A stretch of DNA of 63,721 nt, filler included, from Rhabdomonas costata (GCA_019059605.1; 56 parts of 56 records of this genome joined end to end with filler, not necessarily neighbours in it), one strand, 5' to 3'. Positions 36,187-48,550 are shown, numbered from the whole stretch's first letter. Made by a program: numbers and translations. Notes: generated by a model not told the origin, from the letters alone.

Positions 36187-36491
36187 GTATGGCTCCTTTT
36201 GGCAGAAGTCCAAAAAGTCTCATCAAACATCGTTTTCTTCGTGGTGGTGTTCTCACCCCTCCGTCCCGCTTCATTGCCTGCCATAGTGATTTGAACTTTG
36301 TAACCTTCGTCATCAGGCAGGACCGCTTACTACGCAGCGAGAATTCTCGAAGCACAGTCATATTCACAGNNNNNNNNNNNNNNNNNNNNNNNNNNNNNNN
36401 NNNNNNNNNNNNNTTAATTAATTAANNNNNNNNNNNNNNNNNNNNNNNNNNNNNNNNNNNNNNNNNNNNTGTGTTAGGTGAGTTTGGGGTG

Positions 36492-36900
36492 TAGGGGCGT
36501 TAAACGTTCAGGTCAGAACGCAGGGGCGATGGCCGTTTTCCAGGAGATGGCAATGCAAAAGGGATTCGTTTAGTTTTTGTGCGAAGGCCAGCGTCGCGGA
36601 GGCCAGTCCCGGAGCGGGCGGATGGGTTGGGACGTTCCATGGGGTGGGCAATGCTCCGTTTTACACTGCTAAACGTTAAGCAGTGCTAAATGTCCGAAAC
36701 ACACATTTTTGGGGATGTGACTTTCAGGGCACGGGAGTCAGTAAACTGTGCCAATTACCTCTAAATGCATTTATGTTAGCAAAATGGGGTTAGGTATACT
36801 GTCTTCCTGCCCCCCTAAAACCACATTATTACATTTGCGGGGGGGGGGGGGTAGTAGAAAATTTATGACCGCTTGGCATGCTAAACGTTCAACGCCCCCA
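36492..36900. mobile_element. MITE candidate, about 410 nt
   Basis: 20-nt imperfect TIRs (TAGGGGCGTTAAACGTTCAG vs rc TGGGGGCGTTGAACGTTTAG, 17/20); no TSD testable because the left flank is primer residue. Confidence 0.5.
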
Positions 36901-37919
36901 TTCAAAATGAAAGAGGCCCACCAAACCTATCATCTGCGGAGAGTCAGAAGCAGCAAGCCACCTGGAATGAACAGTACCACACTACCTGTGAACACAGGGA
37001 AAGGAAGGAGGGGGACGGGCGCAAGACCCCATGAGATGGAATTCACAGTGATGACAGTAAAAGTTTTTTTTTCACGGATTCGCTCCAGAGCCATCAATTT
37101 TTTTTGCCTGTTTCGTTTTTATTCGGGTACTACGATCACAGAGAAAGAAGGTAAGAAAGGAGACCTCCCATGGTGGTTCCCGGTGCGCTCACCGAAAAGG
37201 CCGAAGGGGGGCCCGACGCAAAAAGCTCGCAAGCAGGACTGAAGAGAAAAGGGCAGGCACACGCACAGCGGCTCAGAGGGGGAACCCACAGACTCGGAAT
37301 GCAACACGGGGGGGGGGGCAGCAACGGCAGAGATGTCAAGGGACGATGAGCTCTCCCTTTTTAATTTTCCTTGTTTTTTGATGTTTTTTGGGCGGAGTTT
37401 CCTGCCGCCTTTTGAGGCACAACAAAGCAAAGCCTACCGATACAAAAGCGAACAAACAAGCACACATAGAAAAGAAAATTTGGAAGCCGGAATAGCACAA
37501 CAACACANNNNNNNNNNNNNNNNNNNNNNNNNNNNNNNNNNNNNNNNNNNNTTAATTAATTAANNNNNNNNNNNNNNNNNNNNNNNNNNNNNNNNNNNNN
37601 NNNNNNNGTGGGGTTGTTTAGACGGATGGTTAGGTGGTAGGACTGCTCTCGTCGCCCGAACGCTCAGGATACCTGGGCGTTCGGGCGACGTCACCGTGGA
37701 TTGCGACTTTCGGCTGCCTCAACACCCAATTACAATTGTCCTCATATTTGTGTCTTTAATATCCATTGGACAGGACTTGGAGGGATTTGTGTGCAGTCGG
37801 GAGCAAAAGAACTTTCTTTGGCCTTAAGCGCATGAGTTTTATCTCTCGTTTGCAATGGACCGGGAACAAAATTTTTGGCTCTGTGTCAGTTTTCCTCGGC
37901 CCACACTGGCGCTCAGGCC

Positions 37920-38050
37920 ATGCTTCGGAGGTTGTTTCCCGCGGCAGCATCGGGGATGTCCTTCAAGGCGTTCAGTGCTGCGCTGCCCTTGTGGCAGCAG
38001 AAAGAATCTCCCGCGGGTGACGAGAGCGAGACGCTTGCCCAGGCTGCCAG
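37920..38050 (+). CDS. First exon of a probable mitochondrial protein (MLRR presequence)
   Basis: gctcag|gccATG MLRRLFPAAASGMSFKAFSAALPLWQQK...|gtttga; no acidic residue in the first 28 aa. Confidence 0.65.
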
Positions 38051-40588
38051 GTTTGAGCCAGATGTGTTGCTCACTTGGGTAGTTGGGGAAATGGGGAACA
38101 GTTGCAGCGCAGCCAGGTTCCTCGTTTCTTCTGCTGCTTCCATGTTTTTGATTCCCGCAAAGACCCGCGCACCTTTAGTGACAGCCTGCGTGCTACCTAT
38201 CAAGGACACACCTATAGCTGCCTACTTCAGCAGATGCGGCACGTGTCTTCATCTTCGCTTATCTGAGGAATGCCCGCTCGCACTACACGTAAACCATGTT
38301 GGGATTGCAAGCACACATCATGCATGGATGCCCCACACCTTTCCACTACTGTCAACTCTCACCTTTTTATTGACCACGGAAATCGAACCCCTTTGAACAT
38401 TGCATGCTTGCAATATGCGGGTTTCTTATCCCTTTTTCCCTTTTTCTCTGTTTTCTTTTAGCATCCCGAAGACCATTAGCGTTTCATTGCGCAATGAATT
38501 GGATGGAGCGGTGTCTCACTTCTGCTGCAGCAGATGGCAATGAAAAATGGAAAGGGCGGCTGCACCTTGATACCTTGATGCCCTCCACGTTCACCTGCTG
38601 GTTAAACGGTGCCCGTAACTATACTATCTCTGACTTTCCCCCAACTANNNNNNNNNNNNNNNNNNNNNNNNNNNNNNNNNNNNNNNNNNNNTTAATTAAT
38701 TAANNNNNNNNNNNNNNNNNNNNNNNNNNNNNNNNNNNNNNNNNNNNGGTGGGTGGTTCTCTGGACTCTTGGTGTACCCTCCCTGTGCAGTGCATGCATT
38801 GGAGTGCATCACGCGACGTTGCATTTATTTTGTGCCAGCTTAACCGTCACCTGGGCTTCACCTGTCCTCTCTCTCTCTCTCTATGTGTGTGTATGTACAC
38901 GGTGGGATTGCCCTGACCAAGTGCACTAAGTGTGTGCGCGGACCACATCTGGAAAATACTCGACATCAGAAGACGGATTGGAGACAGGTTTGCTTTTCTT
39001 AGACGGCTTTCAAAAAAGTTCTAACACTTCCAGCACCTCTGCACGGCAGTCTGCACCGCCACAACTGCCACTCCCCGTGGGCTCCCCGTGTGTGGGCTCC
39101 CGGTGAACGAGGAGTCCACACACAGTCCCCAACCACAGCACGCCGCAGCCCTTTACAAACAAGAAAGAGGTACTCCTAGGCGAAGCAAGGCCGGACCAAA
39201 CCTTCGCACCCACCACTTGCGAGGGTACTGCCTGTGCGTCGCAAATATATAGGCTGCACGCACAGCAGCAGTGAAACCGGCGGTCCCCTGGACGCGGTAA
39301 AGCCGCAGTTTCGCAGCTAGCCCCTCCATGAGGGAGCCCAGCACCAGCCGAACACGCGGTTCATCGTCATGAATCAACATCACCCGACTTCCCCTGCCGG
39401 TCGGGGTCGGAACGAAAGGCCCTTACCACCCTCGGCGCATGGCCCGGCTTCATTTCAACCCTCAGCGCCATCACTCGAATGCAGGGAGCCTGCTGCACAA
39501 CCTTCCGGTATCCCAAGAGATGACCTCAGGCTGACAGCAATGTCCCCGAACTGCATCTCCCAATAGGGAGTCCCCGGCACCACTCAAGCACAGCCCACTC
39601 CCTATCCCACCAAGCCGCAAAAGCTGCATTGGAACTAAGCTCCCATGACCCGGCAAGTGGCAATTCGTGAAAGTGGGATGAGACGAAGAAGAGCGTTCTC
39701 TATAATCCAACGATTTCCCATCTTTTGAAATTGAAAGCCATTGCTTTTGCTGGTTCCGGCACGCCAACTCCGCCCAAAACCACCAAANNNNNNNNNNNNN
39801 NNNNNNNNNNNNNNNNNNNNNNNNNNNNNNNTTAATTAATTAANNNNNNNNNNNNNNNNNNNNNNNNNNNNNNNNNNNNNNNNNNNNCTGCCGCCGGCAT
39901 CGCGAATTTTGTGCCCCGGAAAGTGGTACCTGAGCAAGCTGGTCAAAAATAAGAAGACCCCGGCGCCCACGCCCACGCAGACATCGGGCAGAAGAAAAGT
40001 GACCAGGACAAAACCAAAAGTGGCGATAGTGGTGAAGATGCAGAAAAAGCTGAGCCGGTTACATTTCCGACTACCCCCACGCGGCGGGAGGAGGCCAATT
40101 CACCGGAAGAAGAAGAGGAACCAGGAAAAAATCAAAAATTGGGGCAAATAAAAATGCTGAAAACGATCTGCATCTCCGATTATCCCAGGCGGTGAGAGGT
40201 TCACCGAAAAATGATACACTCAATAAGCGCCTGAATGTCTCGCTATCGCAAAAGCTATGGCCAGAGCGAGGATTCGGCTCAGTCGGACGGGCGCAGTCAA
40301 GAGACTGCACATTGAGGACCCCAGTGGCGAGCAACCCGATGACTGATTTGAAAACTAGTAAAAATATAGTTGACTTAACTTTGTACAATGCACCAGTTTA
40401 TACGGTCAACTTTTCCTCAGTTACCGCCAAACAAAGATGAGGACACATCACAGATGTACAAAAAGGGCATGTGTCAAGGGCTGAAGAAAGTTTGCTTGCA
40501 ATTGAATGCGGCTCTACAAGACAGCGTATGGCCCGCGGGCAGAGATGCCCAAGGCTTAGTGAGGGTAGCTTGATTCAGAAACCCAGCC

Positions 40589-40714
40589 CTACATCATCAG
40601 CATGTCCACCACAACGCGGGGGTTGAGCTGCTTCAGGTCTGTGTGGGTTTGGCCCACCCCAACAAACACGATCGGCTGCCCAGTGCTGTACACCATTGAG
40701 ATAGCAGCACCCAC
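40589..40714 (-). CDS. SRPRA: SRP receptor alpha subunit, terminal exon (absent from the ORF track)
   Basis: tcacag|[44 protein letters not shown]. Confidence 0.93.
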   Translation of the reverse strand: MGAAISMVYSTGQPIVFVGVGQTHTDLKQLNPRVVVDMLMM

Positions 40715-40859
40715 CTGTGAGGAAAAAGTAATGAGATTTCCCTTTCTGAAAGCTATTCAGGAGAGAAAAAGGAAAAAAACAACTGCGTCGGCTGGCATAG
40801 AAATTTAAAATGCAGTTAACTTACCAGCTTAAAAAACTTTCAGCTCATCCCCGAATCAG

Positions 40860-40900
40860 CACACACACACACACACACACACTCTCTCTCTCTCTCTCTC
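40860..40900. repeat. (AC)n(TC)n microsatellite
   Basis: Direct reading. Confidence 0.95.
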
Positions 40901-41844
40901 ACAAAAACCAACCAAACACACCAACANNNNNNNNNNNNNNNNNNNNNNNNNNNNNNNNNNNNNNNNNNNNTTAATTAATTAANNNNNNNNNNNNNNNNNN
41001 NNNNNNNNNNNNNNNNNNNNNNNNNNTGTGTTAGGTGAGTTTGGGGTTGTGTGGTTTTTCCTTTTGGTGCTCCGGATAGCCCCTGCATCCAAAGGAAAAA
41101 CCAGACATCCCCCTGACTTGACCACGTGAACGTTGGCTTGAACTGATCAAGATGACAAACAGACCTTTCGAGAACAAGACCGAAACCTGATGGGGGTACC
41201 CCTGATTGGTTTGTTGGTGCGCTGGGTTCAAATACGCATGTAACGGAACGGGTTTGACAGCTTCGGTTTATGGAGTGAATGGCCCGAAAATGATGAAAGT
41301 TTACTAAAGAAATGAAAGTTAGGAATACCACCGGACTTTTAGTCTTCGTCTTGGCCATAGTGGTCGGCGGAATTACCCATCCGTGTCCTTAAGTGAACGG
41401 GAGAATATGCGCGCCCTCAGGTGCTTGATCAAGGGGGAGGGTGCGCCAAATGCATGACGTCATCAAATCAAGGAGGGAGTAGGCACACAACAAGGGTTGG
41501 CGCCGACGTTGACTACCTGAGATAGTAATGTGGTTATGTCAAGATCCATCCCCGCTCCAGAACACAGCAAACAAAAGTGCATTGAGATCCTCACTGAGCT
41601 GTAGCCTTCTGCTGCAGCGGCGCTGATTATGAGCACCCACTTGAACCAGGTGCCCAGTCTGTGTAAGTTACGCAGCGTGGCGTGCCGTGTAAGTGCGATG
41701 AACACCTGAACTTGTGTATATATCCGTTAACAGTTGCAGCACACCGAAAAACTCACACACAACTTAGACTTAACAGTATATGGGTCGCGCATATGGCGTG
41801 GCGTGGTGTAGATGTACGCGTGCGTACAACAAGATGCGAAAAAC

Positions 41845-41928
41845 CTTGATAGCCGCAATGTCGCAGAGAACCGCAGCGCCTCCACAACGGTCGCGGATGG
41901 CGAGTGAGTGTCGGTTTGCTCCATGAAG
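41845..41928 (-). CDS. ABCG/PDR-type ABC transporter NBD exon (Q-loop region)
   Basis: ttgcag|FMEQTDTHSPSATVVEALRFSATLRLS|gttttt. Confidence 0.85.
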
Positions 41929-42483
41929 CTGCAAAAAGAGGTAAAGACACATCACAGCGAAACCATACCTAAACCCGTATCCCTTTCCCCAGCCTAACCT
42001 GGTCAATGACCCGTTCCACTCCCTTTCCACCCCACCCTCCCCGGGAACTGAGCTCATTCTCAGAANNNNNNNNNNNNNNNNNNNNNNNNNNNNNNNNNNN
42101 NNNNNNNNNTTAATTAATTAANNNNNNNNNNNNNNNNNNNNNNNNNNNNNNNNNNNNNNNNNNNNGTCTTTGTTGCATGTTGTGTGTGCGCGCTATTGCG
42201 TTTGTGCTTCGCCCACCGCCCCCGGTGGAAGAGTTGTGGATGGGAGAAGGCCTTTCATTTCCCCTGAACTTGAAACGGGAAGCTACTTTCACTTCTGGGC
42301 ATCTTCTCCATGGTGAGGGCAGCGAAGTTGTATTACTCGCCCATAGACGTGCTGCTCGAGAGTGATTTGAGATAGTACGTACATAGTACAACTCCGGAGG
42401 CCCTTGAAGTCTCAAAGCACCGCCTTTCACAGGTCCTTGACCCTGAGCTTTTCTTTTTCCTTTTTCTGTGTGCAACCGCCGGA

Positions 42484-43205
42484 ATGGCCTACCCGCGGTA
42501 CGCGTTGACTTCCGCCGCTTCGGCTCAACCTGCGGTTGATATTAGGAATCGTATCCTCTTGCCCCGAACTGTAAGACCCTCCACGCCTTACGTGGCCGCC
42601 TCGGCAGGGGTTCGCCTCCCCTCCCCTGCCCCAGCCGCACATGGGTACGCCCTACCTCCTGCTCCCCCGCCTGTTCCCATGCCCTATTCCTGGCCAGCTG
42701 CTCGACCTGCCCCTGCGACACCGGTACCTGTGGGACAATATTACACCTCTGTGGCTCCCGGAGCCCAACGGCAGCCTTTCCTGAGCACCACCAGCGCTGC
42801 CCGAGGAATTTCGGGGCTGCGCGCTTTGAGTGCGATTCAGACGGTGGCCGCCCCTGTGGCTACAGCATACACGTACCCCACGCATCCTCTTTCCCGCACT
42901 TTATCCAACCCGTACACCTCTCCCAGAGCAGCCGGTGTCCAAGGCTCGTTTACGCTCCTACCAACTTATCAAAGGCCTCTGGGAATTGTTCCACTTTCCC
43001 CGCCAGTCCCTCTGTCCACAGTGCCTGCGACCTCCTTCCCGATTCCGTTCAACGTGCAGCAACAGATCTTGGTGGTCGGAGATGGGGACTTTAGTTTCAC
43101 GCGAGGGCTGGTGTTGCGGCTGGGAAGCGGGGAGTCGGTCTCCGCGACATGCCTGGACACGAAGCTGGGGTTGCTGCAGAAGTATAAGGGCTCCAACCAC
43201 AACCC
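42484..43205 (+). CDS. BMT5-like (DUF2431) rRNA methyltransferase-domain protein, 5' part, with long Pro/Ala/Tyr-rich N-terminus
   Basis: ILVVGDGDFSFTRGL...VSATCLDT...LLQKY; ATG preceded by a pyrimidine tract. Confidence 0.82.
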
Positions 43206-43338
43206 NNNNNNNNNNNNNNNNNNNNNNNNNNNNNNNNNNNNNNNNNNNNTTAATTAATTAANNNNNNNNNNNNNNNNNNNNNNNNNNNNNNNNNNNNNNN
43301 NNNNNGGGGTTGGGTGGGGAGGAGCGAGAGATGGGCAC

Positions 43339-43518
43339 CGGTGCAGCCCGAGAGTGTGAACGTCCCCCCGTCAGTGGCGCAATGCAGGGTGGGTGTGCCC
43401 ACGGCCCCTGCGGCGCAGCTCAGGCGGGGCTGACAGTCCGCGACGGTGGTGAGGGAGGAGCAGCTCCCCGAGCGGGCGGTGTACAACGAGGGTATGGTAG
43501 ACAGAGTGCACTGGTTGG
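43339..43518 (-). CDS. Symmetric phase 1-1 exon encoding one 60-aa six-Cys extracellular-type module
   Basis: acacag|ANQCTL...SCSSLTTVADCQPRLSCAAGAVGTPTLHCATDGGTFTLSGCT-G|gtgccc; 180 nt. Confidence 0.75.
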
Positions 43519-44462
43519 CTGTGTGCAGCAAGTGCGCCTGTGTCCGCATGCCGTAACACGTGTGTTACGGGAGATCAGAGAATGTGCTTTACCCAGCGGC
43601 AATATTATCTGAGAGAGAAAACCGGCAGTCAGGTTGCCAAGAGGTTTCCTCTACAGAGTAATCTCACCCCCCCCCTCCTTTCTGAGGTGTGTGATTGCTT
43701 TCGAGTTTCCACATACGCATGCGCGCATGAAGACAAGAAAACAAAGGGGGACAAAAAATGAGTACACCCAGAAAGTCTTCCCTCACCCAGCTGTATGTTT
43801 TGTTTGCTGCTCGCTCGATGTCAACACAGAGCCCAACGGTGAACATGTCCTTTTTCATTGTTGGGAAATCTATGCACAGCCGCTCGCATGCTTCAGTTCA
43901 AGGTTCTTCACGTCAGCGTTTCACCGACGCACGCACACGCACACACATACACACCACACATGATTTCAGCAGAAGAAAAATGCTGCCTCAGGCAACAATC
44001 TCGAATGCGTGTGCGTAAAGAGCCAAAAGTGGAGGAAACCGTGAGACACGAACCACGCAAAGAATGCTGCCCATGATCGGGCGCGGTTAACTACGCACGT
44101 AAGCGCGATCACGCGACGTTGTTCGGACTCGGAAGGCACCCCCTCCGTCCCAATCGACATTGACGAATGCAATGGATGACGTACAGCAAAAAATCACGGC
44201 ACCACGGAAATGCATTTAACTGCGGTTTCGAAGGAACCAAAACACCACAAACTTCTCTGAAGTTCCGTCTGGACCTCGTCGCACAGGCACATCCATACCC
44301 GTCTTCCGTCCACATCCACCCACACAGACCTGTGCACCCCCACCCNNNNNNNNNNNNNNNNNNNNNNNNNNNNNNNNNNNNNNNNNNNNTTAATTAATTA
44401 ANNNNNNNNNNNNNNNNNNNNNNNNNNNNNNNNNNNNNNNNNNNNGTGGGGATTGTGGTCAC

Positions 44463-44696
44463 CTGAGGTCCATCGATTGCGACATTTCCAGGGCGCTCCA
44501 CGTATCTCCGGTCCACCTGCACATTGCCGGTGATCAGCAGCCCACAACCCCCGTGGCTCCACCGCAGGTACAGCTCCTCCAGCTCTGGAGTGGAGCGGCT
44601 CCAACAGTCAGCCAGGCCCTCGGTCAATGCGGACTTGCACAGCCGGTTGGGAAGGACTTGCCCACATCGAAGCGTAAACGGCTCGTCGAGTCTCAT
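44463..44696 (-). CDS. NADH:flavin oxidoreductase (old yellow enzyme-like), first exon
   Basis: MRLDEPFTLRCGQVLPNRLCKSALTEGLAD...LYLRWSHGGCGLLITGNVQVD...PGN...PQ|gtgacc. Confidence 0.92.
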
Positions 44697-46459
44697 TTAC
44701 GAACCGAAGCGAAAAACGAAAGACGAATTCCTGGAGGAGGGTCGGAACTTCAAACTTCAAACTTCACTAAGCAATCATACACTGACGAGGTAGGATATTG
44801 CTGATGAAGGGAAGAGATGAACCAAGCCAGCTAGAATCCAATGAATTAAGGAGCTGCACGCGAGTTGTTGCCCACCAACTTTGGTTGATTGTTGGCCAGA
44901 AGCGAAACTGCCCCTCTGGCTTGACATCTTCCCAAACTTGCCATCGTTCAACAGTTCAACATTGAATATTGGATTGGGCATCCCTCCTCCTGAATCCGTC
45001 CTGCCCAGACCCACTAAACCCAAACAGAAGCATCACATGCACACCACAGCACCAAGATGTTTTCGGTGACACTGCGAGAAAGGCTTTCTCACTAGCACAA
45101 ATGAACTCCTTGTGACGACGGCCCAGCAAAAGCTGTGCAACACGATCCGCACGAAAGACAAAAAAAGAAGGTAAACTTTGGTAAAGAGAGGTAAACTTTG
45201 AGTTGGAAAGGAATGGATAACGGAGGATTCGCACCCAGGCAGCCGGTAAAATCACTGCGGGTGCGCGGTGACCAACTCGAAGAGTTTGCCCAAAGAAGAG
45301 AGAACTCAACAAATCAGAAACACAATGAGCACACAAATAAAAGTACACCCTTTTTGGCAAAAGAAAAAACAGATGGATACAGGATGGATATACAGGTGCA
45401 TGGAAGCAGCTCAGTGTTGGTACCCAAGACGGAGCCTGACATCCAAGACTCGCGGAAAGACCCCGATGAACAAGTACCCCACCCCNNNNNNNNNNNNNNN
45501 NNNNNNNNNNNNNNNNNNNNNNNNNNNNNTTAATTAATTAANNNNNNNNNNNNNNNNNNNNNNNNNNNNNNNNNNNNNNNNNNNNGGGTGTGGTTTGATA
45601 TTTTTCCTTACTCTTGCCTTTACCAGCATTTTATTAATTGCTTGCTTCGGCAGGTTGGCAGAATGTTTTCGTCTTTGCGTGGTATGGTTTTTTCGTTCTG
45701 CCCTCAAAACGGCATTTGAACAATGAAGAAAAGTCGTAAACACGGCGGACCTTAGTCTCAAATTTTGTTTGCACAGGAGCTGAACAATAATGTGGCTGCT
45801 TTTGCTGACCTTGTTCGCACCCTGGCTCGAAGGGGAGGTCTTCAGTATGACGTTTTCGAACTCATTGAACCTTGCCTGTTGTACACTCTGTTGGTTCTCA
45901 AAAATTATTACCTTTTCCAGGGGCCTACCGCCTGGGCTCATGACCCTCGCAGAAAAGCATTCTCTGGGCTGTGGGGAAGTCTTCTTTGGTCTCCATCGAC
46001 AGCATGCAAGCTGCGGCGACGGTTCAGAGCAGTCGAATGTATCACTCGTTATTCCTGAATCACTGGGAGTGGAAAACCGAGCTTGGACACAGGTTGTTTC
46101 TGACCGTTTTAGCGGAGGTCCCGTCCTGCGCAAGTCTTCTTTTGAAATCTTGGGACAGATGCAATACCCACAACCCCCTGCAGACATGTGTATCGGACTT
46201 CCAGGCGGAGCGTTCATCGCCCTCCAATGAGATGCGATGGGGAATTTTCGCAACTTTCGCAAAACCTTCGTCGCCCCCGCAACAAAATTTCGTTGATTTT
46301 TTTCAGACTTTTTCAGACTTTTATGACGATGTCGTTGACTATCATGGTAACTTTTTAACGATCGTATTACAAAAAGTGGTTATAATATCCTTTGGTGGGG
46401 TCAGATAATTGACTGAACCGGGGGTTAGTGAGCTTGGGATGAATCTTTTTTCCTACCAG

Positions 46460-46594
46460 GGCAACCAGGCTTCCCTACTGTCATGGTTCCGCCAGATGCA
46501 ACTGCAGCACTCTCAGGCACGAGCAACTCTTCGACTGAAAGCACAGGACTTGGATGGCCGGCAGCGGCGGGAAAGCCAAGTCTACCTCAAAAAG
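46460..46594 (+). CDS. Putative exon, hypothetical protein (further candidate exons at about 45777-45980)
   Basis: taccag|GNQASLLSWFRQMQLQHSQARATLRLKAQD...YLKK|gttgtg. Confidence 0.45.
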
Positions 46595-47417
46595 GTTGTG
46601 TTGTGGACGACTCGCAACCAACACANNNNNNNNNNNNNNNNNNNNNNNNNNNNNNNNNNNNNNNNNNNNTTAATTAATTAANNNNNNNNNNNNNNNNNNN
46701 NNNNNNNNNNNNNNNNNNNNNNNNNGTTTTTTGTGCATTACATTTACTACGCTACGCTTTTCTAGGGCGTATCAAGTCTTGGCAGGGCAGTGCATCATGG
46801 ACAGGCGTGCGCACTATGCATGGTTAAGTAAACGTTTTGTGAAGTTGGGGGTCCAGTGCAACTTGCAGCAGCGGAGGTTTTTCGGTTCCGCTTTTTACCA
46901 TTTTCTTCCGTAGTAGTCCTTCTCGTCGGAGTGTCTCCCAGACATGCACGCAGTACAGGGCGTCCCTTCCTTTGCGTCAATGCTGTCCACGTGTGCGGGT
47001 GGTTGGGGTTCAGGGCACGCTGAAGGTGATCGCGCCTGAGCAGCTCACCTCCCCTCAGTTGGTGGCGCACGAGTACGGCCAGTTCGTGATCTCGGCGCTG
47101 CGCTCCAGAGACCCTGCTTTGCCTGGTCTGCTGTGAAACAGCAGAATCCCCAACCCCTCAGTCCATCGCTTTTTCGCCCTCTTTGTGGTGCATGGTCACC
47201 CTCTTTTCTTTTCTGTTTCCTGGTCGCTCTGTCGAGCTGAGGTCTGGACATTGTGGTGTATTCGGTGTTCTCCCTTTGCCTACGGGTATACCAAGGCGGA
47301 AGCTCAAATTTTGCGCCAGAGGAAGTTGCATTGAATCTAAACGTCATTGAGAATGGCGTGCATCAATGCGTGTGCGTGGATGCTGGATGAAAGCTTCTGC
47401 GTGTATATATTTTGCAG

Positions 47418-47710
47418 AAATTGAGCTCTGCGTGGCGTCTGCCCTTCCTGGGCCCCAGCAGCCCGGCAGTGCCTTCCGCAACTCCGTGCAGTACGACGCG
47501 CAGGCTCACAGGCTGTATGTCCGGGACACCCGCCTGGCCACCGTGGGGGACCTGCTCCTGGTGCTTGTTCACTGCCTGGCCCACCTAAAGGCGGACGGGA
47601 TGGCGGCGGGGCACGGGGACCTGGAGCCGGGTTTCCTGAAGGAGTTCTACGGGCTGAGCAAGGCATGCTGCCAGGGGAAACTTCCTCTCTTCCGCTCTCT
47701 CTCTCGCTGA
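47418..47710 (+). CDS. Exon of a conserved-looking uncharacterised domain with HxxxH
   Basis: ttgcag|EIELCVASALP...SAFRNSVQYD...RLYVRDTRLATVGDLLLVLVHCLAHLK...FLKEFY; strong GC3 bias to about 47674. Confidence 0.7.
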
Positions 47711-48197
47711 CACCCCTCTGGAGTGAGAGAGCTTGACGAAGACCCTAGGTCCCCCAAAACACANNNNNNNNNNNNNNNNNNNNNNNNNNNNNNNNNNNNN
47801 NNNNNNNTTAATTAATTAANNNNNNNNNNNNNNNNNNNNNNNNNNNNNNNNNNNNNNNNNNNNGGGTTGGTGGGCAGATACGTGAATGACAATAGCATGC
47901 TGTTCATCTGCATTTTCAGCAGGTTACAACAGAACTCAGCGAACTTTCTTGCCCTTCACTTTTGCGGGCACCATTTGTCAGAACGCGACTTTGGCGCTCA
48001 AGTTTACTTACATTGTTAGTTTCGCCCGGAGACTGGGAGATTAATCTGTGTCATTCCAATCTGAAGTTCTTTAGCCCCATACATTTCTGACGCTGGTCTG
48101 GGATGGGTCTCTCTGATTAGAAGGGCATAACCCCCCACTTGGCGATGTAGCCTGGGGAACAAAAATGTGTCGCAAAGAGTGCCAAAATTGGCGCTAG

Positions 48198-48550
48198 TGC
48201 ATTTATGCCCCCCCCCCCAAAGAGGGTGGGCCACCCTGTCTGGGCTGTGAACTAGTGCTTTTATGGGCCCTTCCGGTGAGTGCACGGGTTAGGAGGTGAT
48301 ACACGGGTACCCTGGGATGACATAGGAATTTGCAGGGGGTTACGTGGCGATGCACGGGTTCCCGGATCCGAATAGAAGCTGTTGCAGGGGGTCAGGAGCC
48401 TATGTGCATGTCCCCTAAGACTCTTTCCAGGATGTGTTGGGCCGTGGAGCCCTCCGCGTCCCAAGATCCTAAGGGCTTTCATTTGTTCGGCATGCATGTG
48501 CGGGTTCAAGCGGGTTTGGAGGAGGGGGGGCATAAATGCATTTATGCCCC
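48198..48550. mobile_element. MITE-like dispersed repeat, copy 1
   Basis: 17-nt perfect IR 48198-48214 / 48524-48540; 24-nt palindrome 48527-48550; left about 100 nt recurs at 58255-58360. Confidence 0.75.

Noticed and set aside
39010..39787. Degenerate LINE 3' region (LGGVGVPEP on the minus strand)
   Set aside because: One weak motif next to primer residue; many stops
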